In this document: positions 17,084-26,533 of the stretch, piece after piece
How positions within the stretch are numbered: the stretch's first letter is position 1
How the letters are laid out: the number at the start of each line of letters is the position of its first letter
Source: Candidatus Latescibacterota bacterium
GTDB taxonomy: Bacteria; Latescibacterota; UBA2968; UBA8231
Assembly: GCA_965200315.1 (NCBI GenBank)
Contig: OZ241362.1
Coordinates: 1,728,001-1,792,000, forward strand
DNA: 64,000 nucleotides
Reading direction: 5' to 3'
Translations under genes and position numbers: made by a program
The notes under the pieces: generated by a model
What the model was told of the DNA's origin: nothing
Seen by the model: the letters and a program-made list of their open reading frames with translations, nothing else
The model's database searches: none

Positions 17084-18775
17084 CTACTCTACATAGGGGT
17101 TGGCCCCCATCTTCATAAAGGCGTAGGGACCGTTTTGGCGGATTACCAACAGCTTATTAGCCGGTGCCGCTGGCACTATCTGACGGGTACCGTCGGGCCA
17201 AGTGATTTCCACTTCATCTGCTCCTTCCGCCCTACCCAAGCCGAAAAAAATACGCATATCATTGTAGGAGAGATAGCTGGAAACACCATTAGCCGTGCGC
17301 CACTGGGATCGACCGCCGGCCAACAAACGGATTTTGGCACCGACAGCGTCGCGATTGGGACCACGGCCTAGGAGTTGGACCACGAGCCAGTTGTTGACGG
17401 GGGCGAAGTCGTTGCGCAGCAGGGTACTTGCCTGGTCCAAGTTGACGACGAAAATGTCTATATCGCCGTCGTTGTCGTAGTCGCCGAAACTGGCACCGCG
17501 GCTGACTCTTTTAAGAGTCATTCCCGGGCCAGCCATATCCCTTATATCGATTAAACGGTTGCCGCCGTCATTGCGGATCAATTGGTTGCGCTGGGGGTAG
17601 GAAGTGCCCGCAATAGTGCTAGCCGCCTGCGGATAGACATGGCCATTAGCGACGAATAGATCCAAGTCGCTATCCTTGTCATAGTCGAAAAATTGGGTCC
17701 CCCACCCCAGCATCCCAAGCGTGGGTTCTTCTAGACCGACCTGGGTCGTTATATCTTTGAAATGGCCCTGTCCGTCGTTGAGATAGAAGGTATTACTCTC
17801 GCGAAAAAAATGGGTTATATAGAGATCGAGGTCACCGTCGGCGTCATAGTCTCCACCGCTGACCCCCATACCCGCCTCTTCCTCGCCGTATTCGTTATAC
17901 GCGATGCCTGCTTTGAGGCCAATTTCGCTAAAGGTGCCATCGCGGTTGTTGTCGAAGAGCACATTGGGAGTTGCGTCATTGGCCACAAAGAGATCGGTGT
18001 CGCCATCGTTGTCGAAGTCTTCGGGCAGTACACCCAACCCGTAGTAGTGGTTAGCCCAAGAAATGCCCGAGGGACGGGTGACGTCGGTGAAGGTATCGTC
18101 CCCATTGTTGCGGTAGAACCGGTCAGCAGCTCCAGGTAGGCCCTGGGGACCGCAGAAAATCTCGATTCCTTCGTAGGTGCATATCTTATCTGGGGGGGCA
18201 TCAAAATCGTAGACGAGATAATTGGCGACGTATAAATCGAGATCGCCATCGCCATCGTAATCAAAAAAAGCGGCACTGGAGCTATAATCGTTCCCTGCTA
18301 CTCCAGCGGAAATGTCCACAAAGGTGCCGTTGGCTTGGTTGCGGTAGAGAACATTGGGACCATAATTGGTCACGTAAAGGTCGCGGTACCCATCGCCGTC
18401 GATGTCGCCCACAGTGCAGCCCATGCCCCAACTGCGGTCCCCAACGCCGGCAAGTAAAGTCACATCAGCAAAGGTGCCGTTGGCTTGGTTGCGGTAGAGA
18501 ACATTGCCCGGGCCGGATCTTTGCCGGTAGGTATTGACAGCGGCACCGTTGACAGCATATAGGTCAAGGGCACCATCGTTATCGTAGTCAAAGAAAGCAG
18601 CACCGCCGCCGGAGGTTTCGACAATGTGCTTTTTTTTAGATCCGCCGGCCACATGTTGGAAGGCGATACGCGCTTCCTTTGTTTGGTTGGTGAATTGGGG
18701 TAGAACAGATTTCGGCAGCAGCACGGCCAACGCTAGGGCAAAGGCAAGGACTCGACGGTAATAAAAAAAGTCCAT
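17084..18775 (-). CDS. ASPIC/UnbV (CRTAC1-like) FG-GAP protein, secreted
   Basis: Signal peptide; FG-GAP repeats; SRGASFGDYDNDGDID; NRDAVGAKI...FFGLG...WPDG. Confidence 0.92.
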   Translation of the reverse strand: MDFFYYRRVLAFALALAVLLPKSVLPQFTNQTKEARIAFQHVAGGSKKKHIVETSGGGAAFFDYDNDGALDLYAVNGAAVNTYRQRSGPGNVLYRNQANGTFADVTLLAGVGDRSWGMGCTVGDIDGDGYRDLYVTNYGPNVLYRNQANGTFVDISAGVAGNDYSSSAAFFDYDGDGDLDLYVANYLVYDFDAPPDKICTYEGIEIFCGPQGLPGAADRFYRNNGDDTFTDVTRPSGISWANHYYGLGVLPEDFDNDGDTDLFVANDATPNVLFDNNRDGTFSEIGLKAGIAYNEYGEEEAGMGVSGGDYDADGDLDLYITHFFRESNTFYLNDGQGHFKDITTQVGLEEPTLGMLGWGTQFFDYDKDSDLDLFVANGHVYPQAASTIAGTSYPQRNQLIRNDGGNRLIDIRDMAGPGMTLKRVSRGASFGDYDNDGDIDIFVVNLDQASTLLRNDFAPVNNWLVVQLLGRGPNRDAVGAKIRLLAGGRSQWRTANGVSSYLSYNDMRIFFGLGRAEGADEVEITWPDGTRQIVPAAPANKLLVIRQNGPYAFMKMGANPYVE

Positions 18776-18818
18776 ACACTCATCGCTGTAGAAGTAAACT
18801 AAGCAGAGAATGGTAGCA

Positions 18819-18847
18819 ATTATAGAAATTACCCTTTGCTACGGCAA
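18819..18847 (-). promoter_or_regulatory. Sigma70-type promoter for the 18775 ASPIC/UnbV gene
   Basis: Minus strand TTGCCG-17 nt-TATAAT. Confidence 0.6.
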
Positions 18848-18899
18848 GGACAGAGAATCCGTTGCACGCTGTCGTCATTCATGGATATGGAGGTGTGGA

Positions 18900-19694
18900 A
18901 TGAGGCAGATTTTTGCCGCCCTAATGATGGGTATCACGTGTGCGGCGATGGGGCGATCTGAGAACATTGTTGTAGAACTTCGCGACGGAGTCGCGATGGA
19001 ATTTGTGTGGATCGAGCCAGGTACTTTTCTGATGGGATCGCCAGCTTCAGCCTCTACACGGGGCGAAGACGAAGTTCCACAGCACGAAGTCTCGATCAGT
19101 AAGGGATTTTACTTGGGTAAATTTGAGATTACCCAAGCCCAATGGGTCGCGGTGATGGGAACCGCGCCGTGGACCCGGCGCAAGTACGTACAGGCCGCGC
19201 CGAATCATCCGGCAGTCTATATCTCGTGGATCGATATGCAGGAATTCCGCCGCCGCTTGAACCAAGCCGCCGATAGAGATTTGTACCGCCTACCCACCGA
19301 AGCCGAGTGGGAATACGCCTGCCGGGCCGGAACCTCGACGAGCCGTTCCTTTGGGGACGACGAAAGCCAGTTGGGCGACTATGCATGGTACCTAGAAAAC
19401 GTGAGTGAAGCGGCGGAGAAATTTGCCCAGCCAGTAGGTTCAAAACAGCCAAATCCCTGGGGCCTATACGATATGCACGGTAATGTATGGGAGTGGGTGC
19501 AAGACTGGTACAGCAACGCCTATTCAAGCGCCAAACAAGTGGACCCTACTGGAGCTGCTTCGGGAACTGCTCGCGTTATGCGCGGCGGCAGCTTTGTCAA
19601 TCACGCACGCAACGTGCGGTCGGCCAAACGCTTCAGCTTTGATCCATCGCTCCGCTACTGTGCTATTGGAGCGCGCCTAGTGATGACAAAATAA
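18900..19694 (+). CDS. Formylglycine-generating enzyme (FGE-sulfatase/SUMF1) fold protein
   Basis: FLMGS, RLPTEAEWEYACRAG, PNPWGLYDMHGNVWEW, RVMRGGSF. ATG 18900 follows GGAGG. Confidence 0.9.
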   Translation: MRQIFAALMMGITCAAMGRSENIVVELRDGVAMEFVWIEPGTFLMGSPASASTRGEDEVPQHEVSISKGFYLGKFEITQAQWVAVMGTAPWTRRKYVQAAPNHPAVYISWIDMQEFRRRLNQAADRDLYRLPTEAEWEYACRAGTSTSRSFGDDESQLGDYAWYLENVSEAAEKFAQPVGSKQPNPWGLYDMHGNVWEWVQDWYSNAYSSAKQVDPTGAASGTARVMRGGSFVNHARNVRSAKRFSFDPSLRYCAIGARLVMTK

Positions 19695-19769
19695 ACGGCC
19701 TCTCTTTGTCGCTCAAACGACTTATTCGACGCCAATCTAACTGTCGGCATGGTAGCCCATACGCGCCAC

Positions 19770-22037
19770 TCAGTAAGGAATCCTTTGAACTTCCTCTGGA
19801 TCGTAAAACAAATACTCCAAGTCGTTGTGCTGATCGCTGAGTACGCGCCCCGATCCGAGGCGGCGTAATTCGACGTCATTGCGGATCACGCGGGCAACTA
19901 GCGCAGAGGGAGTTGAGAGACCGATCCGCAAGAGATCAGTCCTAACCCTGTCGGATTGATAGAAGCGTTCGGACAGTTGCTCGAAACGGACCGGTGAGCG
20001 GCTGCCCAGCAAGATCAGGTGTTGACCTGCCCCCTCGAACAACAGACTGTAGGGAAACACCGCGACGAAGGTTCTGGTCACCAGTTCAATCGCGTCGTTG
20101 GGCAACTGGCCGATAGGTAGCCATTGGCTCATCAATCCATCCGGGCTCAGATGCGCAAGAACCTGCTCGTAGTACTCCCGTGAATACAGGCGATACACTC
20201 CCCCGGCCATGGGCGGCGGCGGTTCACTGGTGATCAAGTCGTACGTCTCGTTGCTCAGCGCGAGGAAGTTGCGCCCGTCGTCGTTGATCATCCGCAGCCG
20301 TGGATCCAAATGTACGAAGCCGTGATGCTCGGCAAAGGCCGGTGCCATCTTAAATACGTTCTCGTTGAGATCGACGGCGTCAATCCGTGTGATGCTCTCG
20401 TGAGCGGCGATAGCCGAGGCGGTGTTGCCGACGCCGAAACAAATCAGCAGGACTTTCTCTGGATGAGGATGGGCGAGCAAGGGAAAGTGCGCCATCAGAC
20501 GCATATACTGCTGGGATCGCGGCGATGTGCCCGACATGGACAGACGGCCGAAGAAAAGCTTCATATTGTTGTTCGGAAGCCCGAGGAAATACGTAGTATG
20601 GGCGGCATTGCTCCTCACGCCTTGGGCCGCAACAGTGTTGGGCCACATCAAGGGCGTAAAAAAATTGCGGTCGAATCTTCTTGGCGTGGCAATACAGGCG
20701 ATGGCGACAAAGGCCACCAAGACAGCGATCTGCCACGCTTTTATGGGACGGAATTCCGAAATGCACGCTAGAGCAATCGCAGCGAGTGCCATGAAGGTCA
20801 GGAAGAGCTTCAACGAATAGAAGATATTCAGGCGGGGTGCCACCAGCGTGAAGGCGATTAGGCCGAGACAGAACCCCACCGTATTCAGACCATAGGCTAA
20901 CCCCAAGTGTTTCCCTATGCCCTGCAGTCGATTGCAGACATAGGGCAAGAGCAGAGAGATTAACAAGTACGAAGGCAGTACATAGATGCCAGTATAAATG
21001 AAGAGCTGGGAGAGACTCACGGGGAAGTGATGTACGCCATGCACGTCCGGTGGGTTGCTCACCAAGTAGGTCAGCTCGTCGCTAAACCACCAGAGCGCAA
21101 AATAGTAGAGCGCGGCGAAACTGTACGCGCCCTTGATATGAGCGAGCTGGATGCGCTCGACGTGCCGCACGATAATGCTGGCCAAAAAAATGCCCAGCAC
21201 TGCCCAGAAGGAGATAAACGACATGGTCGCCCCAGGGCTAAGCACGACAATGAAGTCGATTCGCTTGAACATATCGCCTTCAAGTGCTCCGGCGAGCAAG
21301 CCGCTCAGCGCGGCACAAGCAATGAGGGCACTTCCCGCCCTAGGTGGCACCCCAGCACTTGGGAATGCTGCGCAGGTAGTGTCTGCCGCTTCGTCGCTAT
21401 CGGGTGTGCCGCCGCTGGCTAGGAAGTATAATCCTAGCAGTATGTTCAAGCTAGTCATCAACCAGAAGGTTGGCTCGTGCCCGATCTCCGGTATCAGGAT
21501 GAACTGGCAAGCGAGTACGCCGGCACACGCACCCATAGTGTTCCACGCGTACAGAGTGGAGGGGAGGTGCCCGTTGCTCGGTATTGAGCGGCGGAAAAAG
21601 TCGCACAGCAAGGGGAAGGTCATTCCCATGAACAGACAAGGAATGAAGAGGCTGACCGTGGCGATAGCTACTTGGGCTATCCGGTAGCGAATCGTCTGGA
21701 CCCAGATCCCATCGTCTAGATGATACGGGAAAGAACCCCAGAGGTCCGTCGGCAGATATTCGGCCGCTACGGTCACAAGGGCCGATACCCCGACTAGAAG
21801 TTCTATCAGCCCGTACAAACGCAGTTTGTCCCCGATGCCGGTCCGACCGGCCAGCAGCCGGGTGATTCGTTGGCTCAAGAGCGCGCCGCAGCCCAAGCCC
21901 CCGATGAAGTTGCACACCACTAGGGCGAAGGTGAGGTTGGTCGAGCCAAACCAATCGACAAAAATGCGGAACCACGCTACTTGGTAGCCGAGGCTGACGA
22001 AGCCCGAAAGGGCATACAAGGGAAAGACGCGTCGCAA
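19770..22037 (-). CDS. Fused membrane (MFS-like) / spermidine synthase-like SAM-binding protein
   Basis: Many TM segments (SGFVSLGYQVAW, LYAWNTMG), then PEKVLLICFGVGNT, DDGRNFL, YDLITSEP, LYSREYY. Confidence 0.85.
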   Translation of the reverse strand: MRRVFPLYALSGFVSLGYQVAWFRIFVDWFGSTNLTFALVVCNFIGGLGCGALLSQRITRLLAGRTGIGDKLRLYGLIELLVGVSALVTVAAEYLPTDLWGSFPYHLDDGIWVQTIRYRIAQVAIATVSLFIPCLFMGMTFPLLCDFFRRSIPSNGHLPSTLYAWNTMGACAGVLACQFILIPEIGHEPTFWLMTSLNILLGLYFLASGGTPDSDEAADTTCAAFPSAGVPPRAGSALIACAALSGLLAGALEGDMFKRIDFIVVLSPGATMSFISFWAVLGIFLASIIVRHVERIQLAHIKGAYSFAALYYFALWWFSDELTYLVSNPPDVHGVHHFPVSLSQLFIYTGIYVLPSYLLISLLLPYVCNRLQGIGKHLGLAYGLNTVGFCLGLIAFTLVAPRLNIFYSLKLFLTFMALAAIALACISEFRPIKAWQIAVLVAFVAIACIATPRRFDRNFFTPLMWPNTVAAQGVRSNAAHTTYFLGLPNNNMKLFFGRLSMSGTSPRSQQYMRLMAHFPLLAHPHPEKVLLICFGVGNTASAIAAHESITRIDAVDLNENVFKMAPAFAEHHGFVHLDPRLRMINDDGRNFLALSNETYDLITSEPPPPMAGGVYRLYSREYYEQVLAHLSPDGLMSQWLPIGQLPNDAIELVTRTFVAVFPYSLLFEGAGQHLILLGSRSPVRFEQLSERFYQSDRVRTDLLRIGLSTPSALVARVIRNDVELRRLGSGRVLSDQHNDLEYLFYDPEEVQRIPY

Positions 22038-22114
22038 AGAGAGTTATACCTTGTATTCTATAATCCCTATAACAAAACGTCTTCCCAGCACATAAGCGCT
22101 AGCTCCGGGGCTTA

Positions 22115-23392
22115 TTAACCGCGCAGGTATTCGTCCGGTTTGGCTGCATTGGGTGGCCAGTATCCGTCCCGCGATTGACGCCATTGTGTGCCGCACAGGC
22201 CGCTGATCACACTCCACTCGGACGGACTGGGGTCCGGGTCTGGGTGGAAGAGAAAACGCTGGGCACCAGCGGCCTGCGAAGCTTTGAGAATGCCGGCCAA
22301 GTCGCGGGCTGGCATGGCGTCTCCGGCGTGCGGGGAGCGGCCAGTGGACACCCAAAAGATGGTTTTGTCGACGTCTTTGATGGCCTCTAGGGCGCGCCGC
22401 GTTTCGCTGTACACAACTTCTGAGAAGAATTCGTCGGAAAAACCCATCTCCATATCCAGCAGCGACTCGACATGGGGCAGGCGCAGGCCGAACAGCGATT
22501 CGACCAGCAGGAAGCAATCGGCCTCGGTCAGGGAGGGGTTCCACTCGGCGAACTTTTGCACCCAGCGGGCAATGGTGCCGTACATGCCGTCGAAGCCGCG
22601 ATGCCAGTAGTAGTGCTTGGGAAAGATGTAGTCGAAGTGCGGCGGCATCTGCTGGTAATCTTGGCCGGTCAGGGCGGAAAAAGTAGTAATGCGCGGAATG
22701 CCGCCTAGTTCGACATAGCGATTCACTCCGTCCAAGTCGGCGCGGGCCCGCTCCCAAGAACGCCGCGACCTTTCCCCTCGCGCCCGCAACCAGTAGAGGG
22801 CGTCTTCGTTGATGTCAAAAAGATTCAGACCGGCTAAAGTCCCGCCTGGGGCCCAATAACGCACGAGATCGGGGGTCAGGTTGTGGAAACGCTGGCGCAG
22901 ATGGGCAATGCCGCGCTCTAGCCGGTCGACGGCAAAGCCCAAGTTGGCGAACTCGCGACGTTCGCCATCGCGCAATTCAAAGAGTTCGCCGCCGTGATGC
23001 CAAGCCAGTTCGTAGTGGTTCTCGCCAGGTCCGTCGATGATCACTCCGTTGACCTGGGGATAGCGGTTTATCAAGCTCTGCACGTGGGCCGTGGTGCCGC
23101 TGTCGAATACCATGATATGCCAGCCGCGCCCGGCGGCGTCATCCAGCATTGCACTTAGTCCCCGCTCCTTTTCCAGATTGCGGGGCTGCTCCTCGGGCGC
23201 TTCTAGGCCCAAGTCAGCGTAGGCTTGGGGATCTTGGGGAAAGGCGGGGATTTGGCCGCCGTCGTCCTCCATAAAAAACATGCGCCCTACTACAATACCG
23301 CGCACTCCGGCCTCTTCCCAAGCGTCGAAGATGTGCTTGTAGTTGGCCATGTAGCGTTCGAGCGGATTGAAAACGAAAATCCAGCATTGCAT
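22115..23392 (-). CDS. Hypothetical cytoplasmic protein (possibly TIM-barrel-like)
   Basis: 425-aa ORF with AGGAG RBS and core-like codon usage; no motif recognised. Confidence 0.7.
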   Translation of the reverse strand: MQCWIFVFNPLERYMANYKHIFDAWEEAGVRGIVVGRMFFMEDDGGQIPAFPQDPQAYADLGLEAPEEQPRNLEKERGLSAMLDDAAGRGWHIMVFDSGTTAHVQSLINRYPQVNGVIIDGPGENHYELAWHHGGELFELRDGERREFANLGFAVDRLERGIAHLRQRFHNLTPDLVRYWAPGGTLAGLNLFDINEDALYWLRARGERSRRSWERARADLDGVNRYVELGGIPRITTFSALTGQDYQQMPPHFDYIFPKHYYWHRGFDGMYGTIARWVQKFAEWNPSLTEADCFLLVESLFGLRLPHVESLLDMEMGFSDEFFSEVVYSETRRALEAIKDVDKTIFWVSTGRSPHAGDAMPARDLAGILKASQAAGAQRFLFHPDPDPSPSEWSVISGLCGTQWRQSRDGYWPPNAAKPDEYLRG

Positions 23393-23450
23393 CGTCCGAT
23401 CTCCTAGGTTAAAGAGCTATCTCTGGCCGGTCCGGGACTGAACGACCTCC

Positions 23451-24263
23451 TTATTTCGGCTTGTAAAGCCGCGACCCCTTGTCTTCTCCCCGGTACTGCG
23501 GCGGCGTGACCACCGCCTGCTGCTCCTCCGTCAACTCGGCGTAAAAGTCCGGCGGTGTGTAGGTCCCCATCAGCGATTCGGCTTGGACGCCGTGGTTATA
23601 GCGCAAAATCACCGAGCGCCGCTGGTGTTTGGCCGTCCACGGTAAGGCCCCGTGCATCAGCGTCTCGACAAAAAGGATCGCGTCGCCCGCTTGGGCCGGG
23701 ATCTGCGCGATGCGATCTTGGTGCGCCTCGTACAGTCGGATCTCGTCTGGGCAGGGATAGTTGGCCTTATGGCTGCCGGGCAAACAGGCGAAACCCCCAT
23801 CCTCCGGCCCCACATCCGCCAACTGCACGGCGATGTTGGTCATCCCGCAAAACATCCGGCCATTGCGGTAGAGGAACCCCCGCGAGCGGTCGAGCGGCTC
23901 GCCGCCCTCGTGGAACCAGAAGCCTTCGGCCCCCTCGTCCATGGTGATAATCCCTAGGCCCTCCAAGCGAAAACCCGGCCCCAGCAATTCTTCGAGATAA
24001 GGCTTGAACCGCACGTGGGCGATCATCGCCCTAAATGGATCGCAATGCGGTTTGTCCCACGTCAGCATCCCACCCAAATCGCCGCGTCCCTGCGTGCCCT
24101 TGAGCGTCTCCGACTCGTGGGCTAGGTCATTGGGGCGGATGCCGATTTGATCGGTGTGGTGATCAATCGCCGCATTGGCCGCTGCCACCTCCTCCGACGA
24201 GAGTGCCCCCTCGATCACCAGATAGCCGTGTACTTCAAAGAGATACTTTTCCGTTGCGTCCAT
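23451..24263 (-). CDS. Phytanoyl-CoA dioxygenase (PhyH) family protein
   Basis: EKYLFEVHGYLVIEGALS, GGFACLPGSHK, AGDAILF.E.LMHG. Start at MDATEK (24263). Confidence 0.88.
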   Translation of the reverse strand: MDATEKYLFEVHGYLVIEGALSSEEVAAANAAIDHHTDQIGIRPNDLAHESETLKGTQGRGDLGGMLTWDKPHCDPFRAMIAHVRFKPYLEELLGPGFRLEGLGIITMDEGAEGFWFHEGGEPLDRSRGFLYRNGRMFCGMTNIAVQLADVGPEDGGFACLPGSHKANYPCPDEIRLYEAHQDRIAQIPAQAGDAILFVETLMHGALPWTAKHQRRSVILRYNHGVQAESLMGTYTPPDFYAELTEEQQAVVTPPQYRGEDKGSRLYKPK

Positions 24264-24282
24264 CGTCAACCTCAGTCTCCAG

Positions 24283-25338
24283 TTAAGCGGGCAGCACCTC
24301 GCGCAAGACCCGCAGATAATTCCCGCCGCAGATCTTGCGCGCGTCCTCCTCGGTAAGTCCAGCATCCAGCAAGCCCTCTACCACCCAGGGCAACACCGCA
24401 CTGTTGAAATGGGTGCCGATCCCCACGCCGTCCACCCCCATCACATCAACGGCGTAGCGAACCTGCACCAAGGTCTGCTCCAACTGGTCTGGCGCGACCG
24501 CCTGATAGGGCGCGTCCCCCGGCGGCCGGGTGATCGGCGGCGGGATCCCCAATACGCCGCCGCGCTCGGCCAACGCCCTCATAACCTCGTCGGGAGCCGC
24601 CCTAGGCTCATCGATCAAGGCCCGCGGATGCGAGTGCGAATCAACCACCGGCTTGGCCGATACTTCGATGATATCGAGGGCGCAGGGGTCATTGCTATGG
24701 GCTAGGTCGATAAGGATCCCGGCCGCGTTCATCGCCGCAATCATCCGCACCCCCAACTCGGTCATCCGCCCGCCCGAACGAGTCTCATTGGAGGCGTCCC
24801 AACCCAACTCGCGGGTCGCTTGACCCAAGGTAATCATCCGCAGCCCGAGGCGGGCAAACATCCGCAGGATGCCGGGGCCGTCGCCGAACCAGTCGCTGCG
24901 ATTGGCCCCCATCAATACCGCGACCTTGCCGGCCGCTCGCGCAGCATCCAAATCCCGGGCCGTCCTCACCAACAGCACCTGCTCGGGATAGGCTTCGACG
25001 TTTAGCAAAAAACGGTCGAGCACCCCCAGCACCAGTTGGGTCGGATTCTTGATCGCCAGACTCAGGAACATATCCTCGCTGCCGCGGCCCGGACGCCATT
25101 CCGACTCCTGCCGCCACAGCGGTTTGTAGTTCTCGTCGTAGTAGGCCGCTCCCCCCTTGCACATCACCACCCCCACCCCCCATTCGGTAAACTTGGGGAA
25201 GTCGCCGCGACAAGTACTCGCGTCTTTTTTCCCTAGGTCAATATCGTCTATCACGAAACGGGGATGGGTCAGATTTAACCCCAACATGTCGCATACTAAG
25301 TGCGGCCAAATGCGGCCGGAGGGCAATCTCATGGTCAT
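24283..25338 (-). CDS. Membrane dipeptidase (M19)-like amidohydrolase with degenerate active site
   Basis: GLRMITL, TELGVRMIAAMNAAGILIDLAH, PVVDSHS, KICGGNYLRV. Start at MTMRL (25338), just after the aldolase stop. Confidence 0.8.
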   Translation of the reverse strand: MTMRLPSGRIWPHLVCDMLGLNLTHPRFVIDDIDLGKKDASTCRGDFPKFTEWGVGVVMCKGGAAYYDENYKPLWRQESEWRPGRGSEDMFLSLAIKNPTQLVLGVLDRFLLNVEAYPEQVLLVRTARDLDAARAAGKVAVLMGANRSDWFGDGPGILRMFARLGLRMITLGQATRELGWDASNETRSGGRMTELGVRMIAAMNAAGILIDLAHSNDPCALDIIEVSAKPVVDSHSHPRALIDEPRAAPDEVMRALAERGGVLGIPPPITRPPGDAPYQAVAPDQLEQTLVQVRYAVDVMGVDGVGIGTHFNSAVLPWVVEGLLDAGLTEEDARKICGGNYLRVLREVLPA

Positions 25339-25339
25339 C

Positions 25340-26116
25340 TTATTCACCGAGCGCTTGGTCGAAATCCCGACGGCAATCGGCCAAAACCTGAGCCAAAGCA
25401 AAATCGCCGCCATAAGCCAGCATCTGCGCCCCTTGTGCGCGGTATTTGGCGAGCAACTCGGGCGTACCAGCGGGTATTCCCCAGGCTTTACCGTGTTTTT
25501 GCGCGGCCGCTGCGACTTTGGCGACGGCCTGAGCCAGATCGACATCTCCCCCGGCCAAACCGAGCCGCAACCCCAAGTCCGCCGGGCCGACGAAGAGCGC
25601 GTCCACTCCTTCGACCGCGGCGATCTCCTCGACATTGGCCAGTGCTTGCGGGGTTTCGATCTGCAAGACGACAAAAGTCTCGCGATTGGCATCGTCGATA
25701 TAGGTACTGCCCTCATGCCATACGTCGAGACCGAAATCGCCGTCCAAGCCCGCCCCGTCCAGACCGCGATTGCCCAAGGGTGGGTACTTCACCGCCTCGA
25801 CGATTTGGCGCGCCAAGGCCGCATCGGAAACCAGCGGCATCATCAGACCGGTCGCGCCGTCTTCGAGATAGCGGTAGAGGCGGGTGCGCTCAAGCGTCGG
25901 GGCCCGCAACATGCAATCGATATCGCAGGCGCGACATAAGGCCAACAGGCCCTGGACCTCGCGCTGATCCATCGCCCGGTGTTCCAAGTCGAGCCAGATG
26001 CCGTCATAGCCGTTGTGGGCGGCATAGCGCACAAAAAACGGCAGATAATGCCCTAGGCCACAGATGCGGGCACACCGCCCCGTGCGCACTTTGTCTAAGA
26101 CTTTGCTCTTTCTCAT
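25340..26116 (-). CDS. HpcH/HpaI aldolase family protein
   Basis: DGIWLDLEH, KYPPLGNRG, QIETPQALANVEEIAAVEGVDALFVGPADL. Confidence 0.92.
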   Translation of the reverse strand: MRKSKVLDKVRTGRCARICGLGHYLPFFVRYAAHNGYDGIWLDLEHRAMDQREVQGLLALCRACDIDCMLRAPTLERTRLYRYLEDGATGLMMPLVSDAALARQIVEAVKYPPLGNRGLDGAGLDGDFGLDVWHEGSTYIDDANRETFVVLQIETPQALANVEEIAAVEGVDALFVGPADLGLRLGLAGGDVDLAQAVAKVAAAAQKHGKAWGIPAGTPELLAKYRAQGAQMLAYGGDFALAQVLADCRRDFDQALGE

Positions 26117-26158
26117 ATTCCCCGCTTTGCTAAAGGGTTGCGTTGCGCCCATAGTATA

Positions 26159-26192
26159 CTACTACAAACACGCCCGCTCCACCTTCGCAAAC
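26159..26192 (-). repeat. Direct repeat copy 1: duplicate of the DegT gene 3' end
   Basis: 31/34 identical to 27209-27242; reads FAKVERACL** against FAKVERAYLR*. Confidence 0.9.
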
Positions 26193-26533
26193 TCTGTACG
26201 TGGCCAGCCGAAGTTGAATATGAGCGCCTGTGTGCTATAGAAGAAGATTTCGCGGATATGGTGGCGGCGCGGACCGTCGAGGCGAGGATTGCCAGCGGTG
26301 TGGAAGAACTCGTACCAGCGCATGTAGCCGACCGGCTCATCGACCGAGAATCCCCTTTGAGGGTGTGGCGTGAATACCGTGGACTATCTCAATCCGCCTT
26401 AGCACGCGCCTCTGGTGTCAACCGAGTGCAGATCGTCGAGATCGAGACAGGACGCAACAGTGGGTCTGTGTACACCCTTCGCAAACTGGCCGATGTCCTT
26501 GAGGTAGCGGTGGATGACATCATCCCCGCGTGA
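26193..26533 (+). pseudogene. XRE-family HTH antitoxin (HigA-like), N-terminally truncated
   Basis: EYERL...EELVPAHVADRLIDRESPLRVWREYRGLSQSALARASGVNRVQIVEIETG; the 5' part runs into the direct repeat with no credible start or RBS. Confidence 0.7.

Noticed and set aside
18900-19694. FGE-fold protein as a diversity-generating retroelement target or an active formylglycine-generating enzyme
   Set aside because: No template repeat or reverse transcriptase is in the window, and the catalytic Cys pair after RGGS is absent.
25339-25716. Long N-terminal extension of the dipeptidase ORF (similar extensions on cmk, lptD, maf and priA in the ORF track)
   Set aside because: The extensions overlap upstream genes in another frame; starts coupled to upstream stops fit family lengths better.
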